Assembly (NCBI GenBank): GCA_012840015.1
Contig: DUMF01000012.1
Span: forward strand, 3,807-67,806
Source of the DNA: Bacillota bacterium
Lineage (GTDB): Bacteria; Bacillota; Sulfobacillia; DUMF01
DNA: 64,000 nt
Reading direction: 5' to 3'
Shown: in pieces, positions 52,136-61,345 of the stretch
How positions within the stretch are numbered: the stretch's first letter is position 1
How the letters are laid out: every line of letters begins with the position of its first letter
Notes under the pieces: generated by a model
The model's input: only the letters and a program-made list of their open reading frames with translations
Database searches by the model: none
What the model was told of the DNA's origin: nothing
Translations under genes and position numbers: made by a program

Positions 52136-52912
52136 ATGGGTCGGATCATCGCGGTAGCCAACCAGAAGGGTGGGGTTGGCAAGACGACTACCGTCGTGAA
52201 CCTGGCGGCTTGCCTTGCGGAGCTGGGGGAGCAGGTGCTGGTGGTGGATGTGGACCCCCAGGGCAATTGTACGACGGGCCTTGGAGTAGACAAAATGCGA
52301 GTGCGCAGAGGCGTGTACGAGGTGCTGCTGGGGGAAGCGAAGTTGAGAGATGTGGTGATGAGCACGGCGTGGAGCAAACTATGGCTTGTACCTGCGTCAG
52401 CCGATCTTGCTGGGGCGGAGGTCGAGCTGGTTGGGGTGCCGGACCGGGAAAGACGGCTGGCGAGGGCTCTGGAGAGCGCGAGGACGATGTATTCGTATAC
52501 CCTGCTCGATTGCCCGCCTTCTTTAGGTTTGCTCACATTGAATTCGCTGGCGGCGGCTGATTCCGTGATGGTGCCGATCCAGTGTGAGTATTATGCACTT
52601 GAAGGGCTGGGGCAACTTGTTAAGACGATCAAGTTAGTGCAGCAAAAGTTGAACCCTAAGCTCGTGGTGGAGGGCGTGTTGCTGACGATGTTCGACGGCA
52701 GGACTAACCTGTCGATTCAGGTAGTTGAAGAGGTGAAGAGGTATTTCCGTGGGAAGGTGTACAAGACGATCGTTCCTCGGAATGTACGGCTTAGCGAGGC
52801 TCCGAGTTTTGGACTGCCGGTGATACATTATGACGGTAGGTCTCGCGGTGCGGAAGTCTACCGTGAGCTGGCGCGGGAGGTGGTGGAACGTGGGCAGGCG
52901 CGGGTTGGGTAA
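52136..52912 (+). CDS. soj: chromosome partitioning ATPase Soj/ParA
   Basis: Deviant Walker A NQKGGVGKTTT; 258 aa. Confidence 0.95.
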   Translation: MGRIIAVANQKGGVGKTTTVVNLAACLAELGEQVLVVDVDPQGNCTTGLGVDKMRVRRGVYEVLLGEAKLRDVVMSTAWSKLWLVPASADLAGAEVELVGVPDRERRLARALESARTMYSYTLLDCPPSLGLLTLNSLAAADSVMVPIQCEYYALEGLGQLVKTIKLVQQKLNPKLVVEGVLLTMFDGRTNLSIQVVEEVKRYFRGKVYKTIVPRNVRLSEAPSFGLPVIHYDGRSRGAEVYRELAREVVERGQARVG

Positions 52913-53789
52913 AGGCCTTGCCGCGCTGATCCCGGAGGCAGAAGAGGCGTCGGGAGAAGGCGTGGTGGAGATTGAGGTAGAGAAGATTCGGCCTAATAGG
53001 TACCAGCCGCGGAAAGCGTTCGATGAGGCTAAGCTGGAGGAGCTTGCTGAGTCGATTCGGTCGCACGGGGTGGTGCAACCGATCGTTGTACGGTTGATTG
53101 GCGATGCCTATGAGCTCGTCGCGGGGGAACGGCGATGGCGTGCAGCCGTCAAGGCGGGAATTAAGAAGATACCCGCAGTGGTTCGGGAGATGAGCGACAG
53201 CGAGTTGTTGGAGGTTGCATTGATTGAGAACCTCCAGAGGACGGACTTAAACCCGATGGAAGAGGCAGAGGCGTATAGGAAGCTGGCTTCTGAGTTCGGG
53301 TTGAGCCAGGAGGAGATCGCGAAGCGTGTGGGAAAAAGCCGGTCGCAGGTGGCCAATACGCTTCGGCTGCTGCAGTTACCCCCGCGTGTGCAGGAGAGCA
53401 TCCGGCGAGGCGAGCTGTCTATGGGGCATGCCAAGGCACTCCTGGGGCTGGAGAGGCAGCAGGACATTCTTGCCCTGTGTGAGGACGTCGTTCGCAAGGG
53501 CTTATCGGTGAGGGAAACGGAAGAAGCAGTAAGGCGGCTCGGGAGGAGGAAGGGAAGAGAGGACAAGCGGTATGAGCCTTGCTCGGGGGTCCCTGAGGGA
53601 ACTGAGAGCGAGGGCCTGGAAGCCGTGGCGTGGAGGAGGAGCGTGGAGAGTGCTTTGGCCGAGCGCTTGGGCACGCGCGTGCGGGTGGTGGGGAGCCCGG
53701 TGAGAGGGAAGGTGGAGATTTCTTACTTTAGCGCAGAGGATCTTGAAAGGGTATTGGAACTTGTCGGATGTACGTCTGCCGCAGAATGA
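52890..53789 (+). CDS. spo0J: chromosome partitioning protein Spo0J/ParB
   Basis: GTG start giving VGRRGLGKGLAALI…. ParB boxes …GVVQPIVVR…GERRWRAA…. GGAGGTGG RBS. Overlaps soj by 23 nt. Confidence 0.9.
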   Translation: MGRRGLGKGLAALIPEAEEASGEGVVEIEVEKIRPNRYQPRKAFDEAKLEELAESIRSHGVVQPIVVRLIGDAYELVAGERRWRAAVKAGIKKIPAVVREMSDSELLEVALIENLQRTDLNPMEEAEAYRKLASEFGLSQEEIAKRVGKSRSQVANTLRLLQLPPRVQESIRRGELSMGHAKALLGLERQQDILALCEDVVRKGLSVRETEEAVRRLGRRKGREDKRYEPCSGVPEGTESEGLEAVAWRRSVESALAERLGTRVRVVGSPVRGKVEISYFSAEDLERVLELVGCTSAAE

Positions 53790-53831
53790 TGGAATGTTCC
53801 ACGTGGAACATGGGGTACAGGAGAGACAAGC

Positions 53832-54521
53832 TTGATCGGGCCTTTGGTGAACGCAATTGCCATTCTAATTGGTAGCCTGATCGGTTTACTTACGGGTAGG
53901 GCGATGAAGAGCGGACTTCGGGAACCTGTAATGTGTGTCCTCGGGCTGATTACCCTTACGCTCGGTATCAAGATGGTGCTGGGGAAGGCGGATACCCTCA
54001 TGGTGCTTGCTGCCCTGGTCTTAGGGACGATAGCGGGTGAGTCGTTGCGAATCGAGGGACGAATTGCAAGTGCCTGTGATTGGCTGGAAAGGAAGATTAA
54101 CCATAGCCCGGGGTCGAATGAAATCGTGGACGGTTTTATGGCAAGTACGTTGCTTTTTTGCGTGGGAGCCATGGCCATAACCGGAAGCCTCGAAAGCGGC
54201 CTGACGGGGCAACACCACATCCTAACGGTCAAAGCGGTTATGGACGGAGTGGCTTCGATAGTGTTGGCTAATACATACGGTCCGGGCGTTGCCCTCTCTG
54301 CCGGACCAGTGCTCACATATGAAGGACTACTAGCACTTTTTGCTCGATCGATAAAAGGGATTCTGACGATGGCTGAGGCGGAACTCCATGAGACCGGTGG
54401 GGTTCTGCTCATCGCAATTGGGTTGAATATCCTGGGGGTTACGCGCCTCAGGGTGGCCAACATGCTACCCGGGTTGATCATAGTGCCTCTCCTTTCTGCA
54501 CTTAAGGACTTTTTCTCCTAA
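53832..54521 (+). CDS. DUF554-family membrane protein
   Basis: 229-aa polytopic membrane protein with a DUF554-like glycine-rich core. Confidence 0.6.
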   Translation: MIGPLVNAIAILIGSLIGLLTGRAMKSGLREPVMCVLGLITLTLGIKMVLGKADTLMVLAALVLGTIAGESLRIEGRIASACDWLERKINHSPGSNEIVDGFMASTLLFCVGAMAITGSLESGLTGQHHILTVKAVMDGVASIVLANTYGPGVALSAGPVLTYEGLLALFARSIKGILTMAEAELHETGGVLLIAIGLNILGVTRLRVANMLPGLIIVPLLSALKDFFS

Positions 54522-54635
54522 AAGAGAAGTCGCCTGGTACTTTTGGCTTTTCTAAACCGGCCTGAAGGAGTTTTGCCAGAACGCGTAGAACTATTGCATG
54601 CTGCTATTTCAAGGGCAGGTTGTCGGAGGTTGGAA

Positions 54636-55646
54636 ATGTTAAATCGCGAACAGTTAGGATTTTGGGGTAGACTTGCCAAGAGAATTCCAGCGGTGACCGT
54701 TGTAATAATTCCTCACGGACCACAGAAAGTTTTCAAAAGGTCGTTGGCGCCTGGCACGGTGAGGCGAATATTAGCAAGTATATTACTTTCTTCAGCGGTT
54801 TCAATCACGTTTGCTGTCAACTACCTTAAAATGGGTCGTAATATGGCTGAGTTGAGAGAGCTCAGGCAGATCAATGCGGAGCAACAGGCGCAGATAGCTC
54901 AGCTTGCTAGCGAGGCCCAAGATGCGCGTACTAAGCTTCAACGAGTAATCCAGCTTGAGAGCCAGATTCGTGAGTTGCTTCAAAAGGAAGGGATCAATGT
55001 AGGTGGCGAAATCCACAGTAGCGTATCTTCGAACAAATCGAGCAAAGCGACCCCGTCGAGCTCGGCGGGCCTCGTAAGGGCCGGCCTCATCCTCGGATTC
55101 GTCGGTCAGCCTCAAAAGGCAAGGGAAAGCCTGACGAAGCTCGACGAGTTGAGAGAGGAATTCCGTGCACTGTCTGAAGCTGCAAGTTCCACCGAGCAAC
55201 GGATGCTAGCGCTGAGAGGCTACGCCGAAGCGCTTGTCGCCTATCTGCATGCTAAACCAAACATATGGCCCACACGAGGCACGTTGACGTCGCGTTTTGG
55301 GTACCGAAGACCGCCGTCCCGTTATGCAAGCAGCTACCATGAAGGCGTTGATATCGGCGCTGCATACGGTGCGCCTGTCTACGCCGCGGGAGATGGAGTG
55401 GTGAGATTTGCCGGGTGGAAGGGCGGTCTGGGCAGGCTGATTATCATAGACCACGGGTATGGCATTCAGACTTATTATGGGCATGCCTCGAAGATTTACG
55501 TTCGAGTGGGACAGGCCGTGAAAAAGGGGCAAGTCATCGCTGCAGTGGGCACGTCCGGCATAGCCACCGGTCCTCACCTGCACTATCAGGTGGTCGTGAA
55601 CGGAGTGGACGTTGACCCTTTGAAGTACTTGCCCTACGGAAGGTGA
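54636..55646 (+). CDS. M23-family metalloendopeptidase (LytM domain) with N-terminal membrane anchor and coiled coil
   Basis: C-terminal HxxxD…HLHY motifs (…YHEGVDIGAAYGAPVYAAGDG…GPHLHYQVVVNG…). Start uncertain: 54543 or 54636. Confidence 0.8.
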   Translation: MLNREQLGFWGRLAKRIPAVTVVIIPHGPQKVFKRSLAPGTVRRILASILLSSAVSITFAVNYLKMGRNMAELRELRQINAEQQAQIAQLASEAQDARTKLQRVIQLESQIRELLQKEGINVGGEIHSSVSSNKSSKATPSSSAGLVRAGLILGFVGQPQKARESLTKLDELREEFRALSEAASSTEQRMLALRGYAEALVAYLHAKPNIWPTRGTLTSRFGYRRPPSRYASSYHEGVDIGAAYGAPVYAAGDGVVRFAGWKGGLGRLIIIDHGYGIQTYYGHASKIYVRVGQAVKKGQVIAAVGTSGIATGPHLHYQVVVNGVDVDPLKYLPYGR

Positions 55647-55653
55647 TCCGGTC

Positions 55654-56103
55654 ATGCTGGGAAGAAGGAATACAGGCGTACCAGAAGCAATCGAGACTTT
55701 AATAGGGAAGAACGTTAAGATAGAGGGCAAACTCATCAGCGAAGGTAGCGTACGCATCGACGGTCAGGTGGAAGGGCACGTACAATGCCAGGGAGATCTG
55801 ATCGTGGGAGCATCGGCAAGGATTGCGGCCTCTGTGAAGGCGAAGTCTGTATCCGTTTCAGGGGAAATATTGGGAAATGTCACCGCCGGGAGGGTGGAAC
55901 TGGCGAGCACCGCGAGGGTGGTGGGAGATATCGATTGCTCGGAACTTGCGATAGAGACGGGTGCTTTATTCACGGGAAAAACGCAGATGCGGAAGGAAGC
56001 TTCTAAAGTAGAGGTTACCCCATCCATCGGTAATACTATTGTACCGGCTGTGGAGAGTGGGCAAAATAATCCTGACAATGCCTTCAAGCGGAGTGGTGCC
56101 TGA
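55654..56103 (+). CDS. bactofilin-family cytoskeletal protein (DUF583)
   Basis: Repetitive beta-helical segment (…GKLISEGSVRIDGQVEGHVQCQGDLIVGASARIAASVKAKSVSVSGEILGNVTAG…) with disordered tails. Confidence 0.75.
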   Translation: MLGRRNTGVPEAIETLIGKNVKIEGKLISEGSVRIDGQVEGHVQCQGDLIVGASARIAASVKAKSVSVSGEILGNVTAGRVELASTARVVGDIDCSELAIETGALFTGKTQMRKEASKVEVTPSIGNTIVPAVESGQNNPDNAFKRSGA

Positions 56104-56801
56104 TGTTCCTCGATAGGCAGCACGCTGGGGTTGAACTGGGTAAGAAGGTGCTCGAATGGCTTCGCTCCCATGGACAAGATGGGGGCGAAGCCGTTGTATT
56201 TGGGATACCTCGTGGCGGAGTGGTCGTGGCTGGCGAAGTTGCGAAAGTCCTTCGCTGTCCCTTACGACTCGTGATCGCGCGTAAGATTGGTGCCCCGTTT
56301 AATCCTGAGCTGGCTATCGGGGCCGTCGGCCCGGACGGTACCATTACGGTGGACGAAAAACTGACTACGTGGGCGCAAGTACCCTCTGAAGAGCTGTTTG
56401 CCCTTGCTAAAGGGGTGCTCCAGGAAATCAGCCGCAGGGCAAAAGTATACGGGCAGAAGGAGGGCATCCCGGAGGCAGCGAGGAAGACCGTGGTTCTCGT
56501 TGACGATGGCGTCGCTACAGGGATCACGGTTAGGGCGGCGATCGAAAGTCTCAAGCGCGCCGGGGCCAGCAAGATAGTGCTGGCGGTGCCAGTGGCGCCC
56601 AAGGATGTCTTGGAAGCGTTGGCGAGATGGGTGGACGGGGTGATCTGCTTATCTACTCCAGAAGACTTCGTTTGTGTGGGCAATTGGTATGTGGATTTCC
56701 ATCAGGTCTCCGATGAGGAAGTGATAAACATCCTCCGCGCGGGTAAGACTATCGGTGACGAAGGCTTACAGGCGGGGGGATGGGAGTGGCGAAAAGAATA
56801 A
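56103..56801 (+). CDS. phosphoribosyltransferase-domain protein
   Basis: PRTase PRPP-binding motif VVLVDDGVATGIT. Confidence 0.8.
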   Translation: MFLDRQHAGVELGKKVLEWLRSHGQDGGEAVVFGIPRGGVVVAGEVAKVLRCPLRLVIARKIGAPFNPELAIGAVGPDGTITVDEKLTTWAQVPSEELFALAKGVLQEISRRAKVYGQKEGIPEAARKTVVLVDDGVATGITVRAAIESLKRAGASKIVLAVPVAPKDVLEALARWVDGVICLSTPEDFVCVGNWYVDFHQVSDEEVINILRAGKTIGDEGLQAGGWEWRKE

Positions 56802-57031
56802 TAGCTGTGGAGGAAGGACTCAGACCGGTAAGGCTGGCTCTTGAACGGGAAGGTTACGAGGTGATAGGCACGGGTGCAGACGAGTGGAAGTCCGCTGATG
56901 CGATCGTGCTTACGGGCGGGAGCGAAGACATGCTCAACTTCCAGGAGCCTGGCACCGTTGCGCCGATAATTACGGCAAGTGGGAAGACGCCTGATGAAAT
57001 CCTGGCAGAGCTAAAGGAAAGGCTTCCATAA
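56780..57031 (+). CDS. YkuS-like UPF0180 family small protein
   Basis: ~80 aa: …LEREGYEVIGTG…ADAIVLTGGSEDMLN…, resembling B. subtilis YkuS. Confidence 0.6.
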   Translation: MGVAKRIIAVEEGLRPVRLALEREGYEVIGTGADEWKSADAIVLTGGSEDMLNFQEPGTVAPIITASGKTPDEILAELKERLP

Positions 57032-57614
57032 GAGGCCCTTTGAATGGATGAAGGCCAAAGCATATGGCTATGCCCGTGGCGATGACCCGGGCCATTTTCA
57101 TTACGAGACTTAATCTGGTATTTTGAAGCACGAGGTAATCTGCGAACCCGCCGATATTGACCGTTCCAGTTATAAAGTAATCGCCTACCTCTGGTAGTAT
57201 CTTTCGTACACCAGCGCCCGGCTTGAGCGGCCCTCGTCCAACGGTCACGTTTCCTACCTGACCCATGGTGCCTAGGCAGGCGTCCAGCGCGACCGTCACG
57301 CCCGAAAAGGCGGAGAACTCCTTCAGACTGCGTAGCAGGTTCCCTGCATGAACCGGATTATCGAGGGTGCCTAGGATGCGTAACCTGCCTTTGAGTTCAA
57401 TCCCGGAATCTGCCAACATGGAACCTACTAGTGGGCCAAGCGAGTCACCTGTAGACCTATCGGTGCCGATGCATAAGAGTAAAGGGCAAGCCTTTATTGC
57501 GTCGCCCAGCAGGGTACCAAGATGGCTGCCTAGCTTCTCGGCAGCATCTACTTCGACCACATTTACCCGGTATACGCTTTTCTGGAGTCTATCTTGCTCC
57601 ATCGTTGCCCCCAC
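56970..57614 (-). CDS. yyaC: spore protease YyaC (GPR-like)
   Basis: …CIGTDRSTGDSLGPLVGSML… YyaC/GPR family. Conserved location downstream of spo0J on the opposite strand. The 3' end is convergent with and overlaps the ykuS-like ORF, so the stop or start is uncertain. Confidence 0.7.
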   Translation of the reverse strand: MGATMEQDRLQKSVYRVNVVEVDAAEKLGSHLGTLLGDAIKACPLLLCIGTDRSTGDSLGPLVGSMLADSGIELKGRLRILGTLDNPVHAGNLLRSLKEFSAFSGVTVALDACLGTMGQVGNVTVGRGPLKPGAGVRKILPEVGDYFITGTVNIGGFADYLVLQNTRLSLVMKMARVIATGIAICFGLHPFKGPLMEAFPLALPGFHQASSHLP

Positions 57615-57685
57615 CGCGTTTTGATTATATGTGCTTTGGACTTGCGCATATGATTCAAAAGGTTAACGGGGTGTGATGCGGGCTG

Positions 57686-58711
57686 GTGCTTTTGGACCGG
57701 TTGAGCATGTTCTCAATCTACCTCGGCACCGTAGTAGGGGCGGGCTTCGCGACGGGTAGAGAGATCGCGTATTTCTTCGCTCGCTACGGCAGGGACGGGC
57801 TTAAGGGTTGTCTAGTAACCGGGGTGCTGTTGGGTGCGTTCGGCGCGATAACCATAACCCAAGCAAAACAAGGGGCTAGTATGGCAGAGTTAACTGGGTG
57901 CCTAGGAGGGGCGCTGCGAATGTGTGTGATCGTTGCAGGCGTGTGCGTAGTATCGGGCGTCCTTGCAAGCTCCGATAGGGTTTGTATGGAACAATTAAAC
58001 ATGCCCAGAAACTTCGGAGCCCTCTTGATGTGTGGCGTCAGCTACTTGGTGATAAAAGGAGGATTCCGAAGGGTGGGCGTGGCGAGTGCGGTCATGGCGC
58101 CGGTACTCCTTTTTTGGGCCATCTGGCTCGGTGGATCTAGTATCTGTGAAAAAGGAGAGTACTGGTATACTCTTGGCTTGGCAGGGTACTCTGAACCAGG
58201 CTGGGGTTGGCTAGGCTCGGCACTGATATATTTTCTTTACAACTTCCTCGTCGCATTTCCGGCCCTGGAATCTGCTTCGAAGTCAGTCAGTTTCCTGCAG
58301 AACGGTGGGCAGAATTGGACGACAGTTGCTCTAGCGGGCCTGACCATCGGGCTCATGGCTTTCGGGCTGTGCGTGGCAGAACTGCTCGAACCCGACTGTT
58401 TGCTTTTTGAGATCCCGGCGCTCAGGCTCTCTTCTGTAAGGGGAGATGTCGTCCGGGGGGCTTATTTCATCGTCCTGACAATGGCTCTAACCAGCACGGC
58501 TATTGGAGCCCTTTACGGTCTGATCTCAGGCCCTTCAAGAAAACTGCCCTGGGCCCCCGAATTGTTGAGTGTGATGGCCGTCTTGTTGGCACAATTAGGG
58601 TTGGGCACGATAGTAGAACGGCTATACCCACTATTGAGCATTGGCGGGTTTTTACTTGTCTTCTGGAAACTGGGAGGAGTAGCTTTCCAAGCGAAGAATA
58701 AAACGAAATAA
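57686..58711 (+). CDS. YkvI-like polytopic membrane protein (permease-like)
   Basis: GTVVGAGFATGREI motif and ~10 TM segments. Confidence 0.55.
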   Translation: MLLDRLSMFSIYLGTVVGAGFATGREIAYFFARYGRDGLKGCLVTGVLLGAFGAITITQAKQGASMAELTGCLGGALRMCVIVAGVCVVSGVLASSDRVCMEQLNMPRNFGALLMCGVSYLVIKGGFRRVGVASAVMAPVLLFWAIWLGGSSICEKGEYWYTLGLAGYSEPGWGWLGSALIYFLYNFLVAFPALESASKSVSFLQNGGQNWTTVALAGLTIGLMAFGLCVAELLEPDCLLFEIPALRLSSVRGDVVRGAYFIVLTMALTSTAIGALYGLISGPSRKLPWAPELLSVMAVLLAQLGLGTIVERLYPLLSIGGFLLVFWKLGGVAFQAKNKTK

Positions 58712-58730
58712 AGCCCAAAAAGCGGTCAAC

Positions 58731-59264
58731 GTGTTCACGCAACAGGATTTGAATGAGATTTATAGTAGAGTCGTGGAAAACCTGCGGTGGGATGACACAG
58801 GTGAAGCGGAAGCTTTGTTACAACACCTAGAACGGGTAACCCCAGAATCGCCTCGGGTGCTGGCACAGCGTGCTGCTATCCTGGCTAAGAAAGGAAAGCT
58901 CGAAGAAGCCGAGACCCTTCTTCACAGAGTACTAGAGGGTCAGCCTTCTTGTACTGATGCCTGGGTGAACCTAGGCAACTTGCACTACCTCAAAGGCAGG
59001 TACCGCGAGGCGGCTGAAGCATATTTGCAGGCATTGAGGATTGACCCGAAGCTCGTAAGGGGCTATCACAACATAACTGCAGCGTATGCCAAGTTGGGCC
59101 TTAAGCGACAGGCGCGCAGAGCGTGGCGGAAGGCACGCAGACTGGAGTACGTCGAGTTTCTTAGACGCGAGGGCGTCAAGGGGGCATTGGGTTGCGGGAC
59201 CTACGCAACGTTGATTTCAATCGCCGTCCTGGTGGGCCTGCTGCTATACCTGCACGTGAGATAG
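58731..59264 (+). CDS. TPR-repeat protein with C-terminal transmembrane anchor
   Basis: Three TPR-like repeats (…AWVNLGNLHYLKGRYREAAEAYLQALRIDP…) and a terminal hydrophobic helix. Confidence 0.6.
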   Translation: MFTQQDLNEIYSRVVENLRWDDTGEAEALLQHLERVTPESPRVLAQRAAILAKKGKLEEAETLLHRVLEGQPSCTDAWVNLGNLHYLKGRYREAAEAYLQALRIDPKLVRGYHNITAAYAKLGLKRQARRAWRKARRLEYVEFLRREGVKGALGCGTYATLISIAVLVGLLLYLHVR

Positions 59265-59290
59265 GTAAGGTGGCCTACAGGAAATCGGGC

Positions 59291-60475
59291 ATGAAGAAGA
59301 TAAAGGCGAATCTTCTTTTGAGGATTTGCTTCTTGGTCATACTGGCGCTGCTCGCGACCATGCTGGTAGAAGCCCGCAGGACCGAGGAAAGGATCGGCCT
59401 TTCAGTCGAGGGAAAGTGGGCAACCACGCCAGGATCTATACTGGCTGTTGGTGATAGCGCCGTGCCTCTTGTGGTGGCCGAGCCATCCCCCGCAGGCGGA
59501 TGTGAGATTAAAGGGCTTGACGAGAAAAGTGGACTTTTTAGCATTTGGAATAGCTCTTCCGTGGCTCAGACGGCGCTGGTGGCTGGAGGGAAGATCTGGG
59601 TGCTCGGAGGAGGAAAGCTTTCGGGTGTTGATTCATCTGGCAAAAGCGTCACCAGCGAGCAGGCGGAAGTGATAGCGGTGGATGCGCAGGGCGACGTCTT
59701 AGCCTACGTCCGAAAGACTGGACCTCCCGCGGATGCCCGGCAGCTTTGGGCACCGGAGGAGCTGGTGGTCATGGATGTGAAACGGGGTAAATTGCTGTAC
59801 AGTGTGCCCCGTGAGGGGCGTCGGGCTGTGGCGATATCTTTGCTAGGCCAGCTCGACGGAACCGCTAATCCGGACGGTGTGAAGGTCGCAATTGGTTCGA
59901 TACTGCCAGGCTATCCTCTGCGTTCTACTGTAGAGTTTTATGGGGCCAAAGGTAAACGTGGTGAGTGGGTAGGTGCTGAAGGCCTGGTACGGTGTCTTCA
60001 AGATGCAGGGGAAGCGGGTTCTGTTTACGCGGCTACGAGGAACCTCGTTGTCCGGCTTGACCTGACGGGGAAGGTACTATGGAAATACTATACCACCGAC
60101 GACGTGTTGGCGTTGTGCCCGTGCGATGACGGGGTGATAATCGCCTTAGCTAGTGGCACAGGAAACATCCCCTTGTTAAACTGGGTGAAAAAGGACCGAT
60201 TGATCAAGCTAGGGAGCAACGGAGCTCAAGCATGGTCTTGCTCGATAGCAGGCGGCATAAGAGGGCTATCTCTTGGGCCTCTGATCTCGGGGAGTCAGAC
60301 CGTGGCCGTCTCTACGAGGAGTGGGCTGGAGCTTTTCACGCCAGGCGGAGAACGAGTAGGGCATGTTAGCCTTGAAGGGGGTGCTCGCGCAGCGCACGCC
60401 ACGGGCGACCGGCTGTACGCTCTGGGGGGCGATTGGATATTATGGGGATTGAGGGCGAATAGCGATAAGAGGTGA
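59291..60475 (+). CDS. hypothetical secreted/membrane-anchored protein with beta-propeller-like (PQQ-like) repeats
   Basis: N-terminal signal anchor MKKIKANLLLRICFLVILALLATML. Repeated …GxxWxLGG…/…DRLYALGGD… segments. Start moved to the internal Met at 59291. Confidence 0.5.
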   Translation: MKKIKANLLLRICFLVILALLATMLVEARRTEERIGLSVEGKWATTPGSILAVGDSAVPLVVAEPSPAGGCEIKGLDEKSGLFSIWNSSSVAQTALVAGGKIWVLGGGKLSGVDSSGKSVTSEQAEVIAVDAQGDVLAYVRKTGPPADARQLWAPEELVVMDVKRGKLLYSVPREGRRAVAISLLGQLDGTANPDGVKVAIGSILPGYPLRSTVEFYGAKGKRGEWVGAEGLVRCLQDAGEAGSVYAATRNLVVRLDLTGKVLWKYYTTDDVLALCPCDDGVIIALASGTGNIPLLNWVKKDRLIKLGSNGAQAWSCSIAGGIRGLSLGPLISGSQTVAVSTRSGLELFTPGGERVGHVSLEGGARAAHATGDRLYALGGDWILWGLRANSDKR

Positions 60476-61096
60476 ATGAATGCCTTGAACGCATCGAATT
60501 ACCTCGACTTGGCGGTCGCTGCTTTCGTCGTCTTCCAGATTTCAAGGGGCTATGCAGAAGGGCTTGTGAGGAGCGTTCTGGGGTTGATGGGTGGGATTCT
60601 CATTTTTCTGGCCGCATACCGTTACACGCCCATATTGGCTTCCAAGTTTACTGGCAATCCTGGGATTATGGCGGGTATTGTCCAGTTCCTCAACGGGGTA
60701 GTACCCGGGGCAAGCGCACCTGCATTGACGGGCGGGATCCGGTCGTCGCTGGTGAACAGTATTGCGCTGATGCTTGTGAACCTGTTATCGTTCCTGGTTA
60801 TCTTGGTGGCCGGTCGGGCTGTAATCTCGCTCGTCGGTTTGACATTGCATCGATTGGTAGGGTCGCTGGGTGGTGGAGGAGCGGACAGGTCGCTTGGGGC
60901 CTTACTAGGAGGGGTGAAAGGGCTCTGTTGGGTAGTCATCGCTTCTGCCGTCTTCATCCTACTAGCACGGCTTGGGATACTCGCCGTACCGCCAACGGTA
61001 GCGAGTTCGGTATTCTTCAAAGGCTCTCGGAAAGCTGCAGAGTTTCTGGTCGGTCTTCTCCTGGATAACTTGAACCTACAGGCCACTAGCTTGTAA
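60476..61096 (+). CDS. cvpA: CvpA-family membrane protein (colicin V production protein homolog)
   Basis: MNALNASNYLDLAVAAFVVFQISRGYAEG… typical CvpA start; four TMs. Confidence 0.75.
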   Translation: MNALNASNYLDLAVAAFVVFQISRGYAEGLVRSVLGLMGGILIFLAAYRYTPILASKFTGNPGIMAGIVQFLNGVVPGASAPALTGGIRSSLVNSIALMLVNLLSFLVILVAGRAVISLVGLTLHRLVGSLGGGGADRSLGALLGGVKGLCWVVIASAVFILLARLGILAVPPTVASSVFFKGSRKAAEFLVGLLLDNLNLQATSL

Positions 61097-61102
61097 CGAC
61101 GC

Positions 61103-61345
61103 TTGCGCAGACGGAGGTCCGATTTCGTGGATAGGCCTATCAAAATACGGGTTGGAGACATCCTTGTACTCAGGAAAGTCCACCCTTGTGGTAGCGATAA
61201 GTGGGAGGTTACCAGGACGGGAATTGACATTGGTCTGAAATGCCTCGGCTGTGGCAGACGGCTCTTGATTCCGCGTGTCAAGCTCGAGAAGGCCATTAAG
61301 AAAGTGCTGCCCAATGTCGCAGACGCAGAAAACAAGAAGGGATGA
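61103..61345 (+). CDS. DUF951 family protein (YyzM-like)
   Basis: 80-aa protein with a CxxC…CxxC pair, immediately upstream of ychF as in Bacillus. Confidence 0.7.
   Translation: MRRRRSDFVDRPIKIRVGDILVLRKVHPCGSDKWEVTRTGIDIGLKCLGCGRRLLIPRVKLEKAIKKVLPNVADAENKKG

Noticed and set aside
51706-52536. 276-aa minus-strand ORF
   Set aside because: Antisense to noc and soj. No start context.
53108-54481. 188-aa and 252-aa minus-strand ORFs
   Set aside because: Antisense to spo0J and the DUF554 gene.
55206-55757. 183-aa minus-strand ORF
   Set aside because: Antisense to the M23 peptidase catalytic domain and bactofilin start.
60472-61068. 198-aa plus-strand ORF
   Set aside because: Same strand as cvpA but in another frame. 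The cvpA frame gives a typical four-TM CvpA protein, whereas this one is Arg/Gly-rich with no TM helices.
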